A stretch of 64,000 nucleotides of DNA, taken from a virus. The notes below the pieces were generated by a model, which made no database searches, was not told where the DNA came from, and worked only from the letters and a program-made list of their open reading frames with translations. The stretch lies in IMG/VR virus record IMGVR_UViG_3300038427_000078; one strand, written 5' to 3'. The position numbers were made by a program, and so were the translations under genes. Below, in pieces: positions 62,878 to 64,000 of this stretch (the first letter of the stretch is position 1; the number at the start of each line of letters is the position of its first letter).

Positions 62878-63273
62878 GTGGTGCAATACCCACGATCCAC
62901 AAAGCCGAAGCGTTGTGCTCGATGCCGTCGTAAGAAGCCTGCCTCGGCCTTCGACACCTTCCGTAGATCACCGGATGGCCTTCAAAGCTACTGCAAAGTG
63001 TGCGTGAAAGAGTACCGCGAAGCGATCCCGAAAGAGGTCCAGCGCCGCTACTGGCGTCAGAAGAAGTACAACTTGAGCGAGGAGGAATATGACGCCCTGG
63101 TCATTCGGTATCAGGGTCGCTGCCCTATTTGCCAGGAAGCGGCTTCGTTGGTTGTCGATCATGATCACGCCACCGACCTTGTTCGCGGCTTACTTTGCGA
63201 GGCTTGCAACTTTGGCTTGGGATTCTTCAAGGATGATCCGAATAATCTCCGACGCGCTATCGAGTACCTTTAG
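62878..63273 (+). CDS. Endonuclease VII-family homing endonuclease
   Basis: KYNLSEEEYD..QGRCPIC..LVVDHDH.T..VRGLLC..CN.GLG.FKD. Inserted antisense to the replication operon. Confidence 0.9.
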   Translation: MVQYPRSTKPKRCARCRRKKPASAFDTFRRSPDGLQSYCKVCVKEYREAIPKEVQRRYWRQKKYNLSEEEYDALVIRYQGRCPICQEAASLVVDHDHATDLVRGLLCEACNFGLGFFKDDPNNLRRAIEYL

Positions 63274-64000
63274 CCCAGGCCCAAAAGATCGGGTGCCTCG
63301 GCCCCTTCTACATACGGCCTTGGATCCTTGCAGTCGCTCAGATCGGAGTGCTCTCCGGGCACGTACGGGCACAGCCAAGCGCTCTTGATGTACTCGCAGA
63401 TTTTCGCGTTCATCTGGTAGCCAACCTTGTCGTTGTCCCCCGCCGCGATGACCTGATCGAAGGCTCGCAACTGCCGTAGCTGCTCGGGCTTGATGCCTCC
63501 GCCGAACGGACTGATGGCCGAGAGGCCGTAGCTCTCAAGCACGATGACGGTCGGCACCGACTCGACCACGATCACCGGCTGCGCCCGCTTGATGGCGTTG
63601 TCGTAGTTGTAGAACGTCGTGTGTTTCGGGAAGTCAGCGGTGTTCGTGTACTTGCCTAGCCACTTCGGAACGATGGTGTGCTTCTCGTCCCACTCCATCC
63701 ACCGATGCTGCCAACCGACCAGCGTTTTCTGCCAGTAGTGAGGGAACACGATGCACGGACCGTAGTAGTCGGGACCAATCTTCTCGGTATCCTTGAGCGG
63801 GGCTGGCTTCTTGTGGTGTGAGGAGTAGCCGATGTCGAATCGGTCCACCGCAGTCAGATCGAGGCCGCGTTCGTCCAGCCACTCAAGCAACATGACCTGG
63901 CCCTCTTCGTCGTCGGGCTTCGAGAACTGGCTCAGGACGTGTGGGGAGAAGTGCGGCATGCGCTCAGCTTTGCGCTCCTGCTCCTTCTCCAACTCCTTGA
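63270..64000 (-). CDS. DNA primase (TOPRIM), 5' part outside window
   Basis: IVFPHY, VGWQHR, KYTN, VVES and AGDNDKVG motifs. The frame is open to the window edge. Confidence 0.85.
   Translation of the reverse strand, partial: KELEKEQERKAERMPHFSPHVLSQFSKPDDEEGQVMLLEWLDERGLDLTAVDRFDIGYSSHHKKPAPLKDTEKIGPDYYGPCIVFPHYWQKTLVGWQHRWMEWDEKHTIVPKWLGKYTNTADFPKHTTFYNYDNAIKRAQPVIVVESVPTVIVLESYGLSAISPFGGGIKPEQLRQLRAFDQVIAAGDNDKVGYQMNAKICEYIKSAWLCPYVPGEHSDLSDCKDPRPYVEGAEAPDLLGLG

Noticed and set aside
1-64000. tRNA genes, alternative genetic code, or a diversity-generating retroelement
   Set aside because: No cloverleaf-sized intergenic gaps were found. Genes are intact in the standard code, and no reverse transcriptase or template/variable repeat pair was seen.

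Overview
This window is part of a large, GC-rich, contractile-tailed dsDNA phage genome. Its capsid protein and gene order resemble Bxz1 / cluster C mycobacteriophage-like myoviruses (recalled similarity, not a database search), so the host is probably an actinobacterium. Layout: (1) head module at about 0.3-14.5 kb: a 1295-aa multi-Zn-ribbon protein, protease-scaffold fusion, decoration protein and major capsid protein; (2) a minus-strand accessory island at about 15-19.7 kb with sigA-type promoters; (3) neck, tail and baseplate module at about 19.8-48 kb: adaptor, terminator, sheath, tube, frameshifting chaperone, tape measure, hub with muralytic domains, wedge and minor tail proteins; (4) a minus-strand replication/recombination module at 48-64 kb: SNF2, sigma region-4 protein, cysteine dioxygenase, RuvC, PD-(D/E)XK nucleases, RecA, DnaE, RNase H and primase. 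Thirteen free-standing homing-endonuclease-like genes are scattered throughout. Most notable: a loop-deleted paralogue of the phage's own tail-tube protein coupled to an HNH gene (possible tube-capping or poison subunit); a recurring 13-nt motif ending in the start ATG (putative leaderless late promoter, also used by HNH genes and inside head genes); a cassette-like head polyprotein; a GNAT-like domain fused to a baseplate protein; and a phage cysteine dioxygenase. Three genes appear broken by one missing base in short homopolymers, probably sequencing error. No tRNA, rRNA or CRISPR array was seen.
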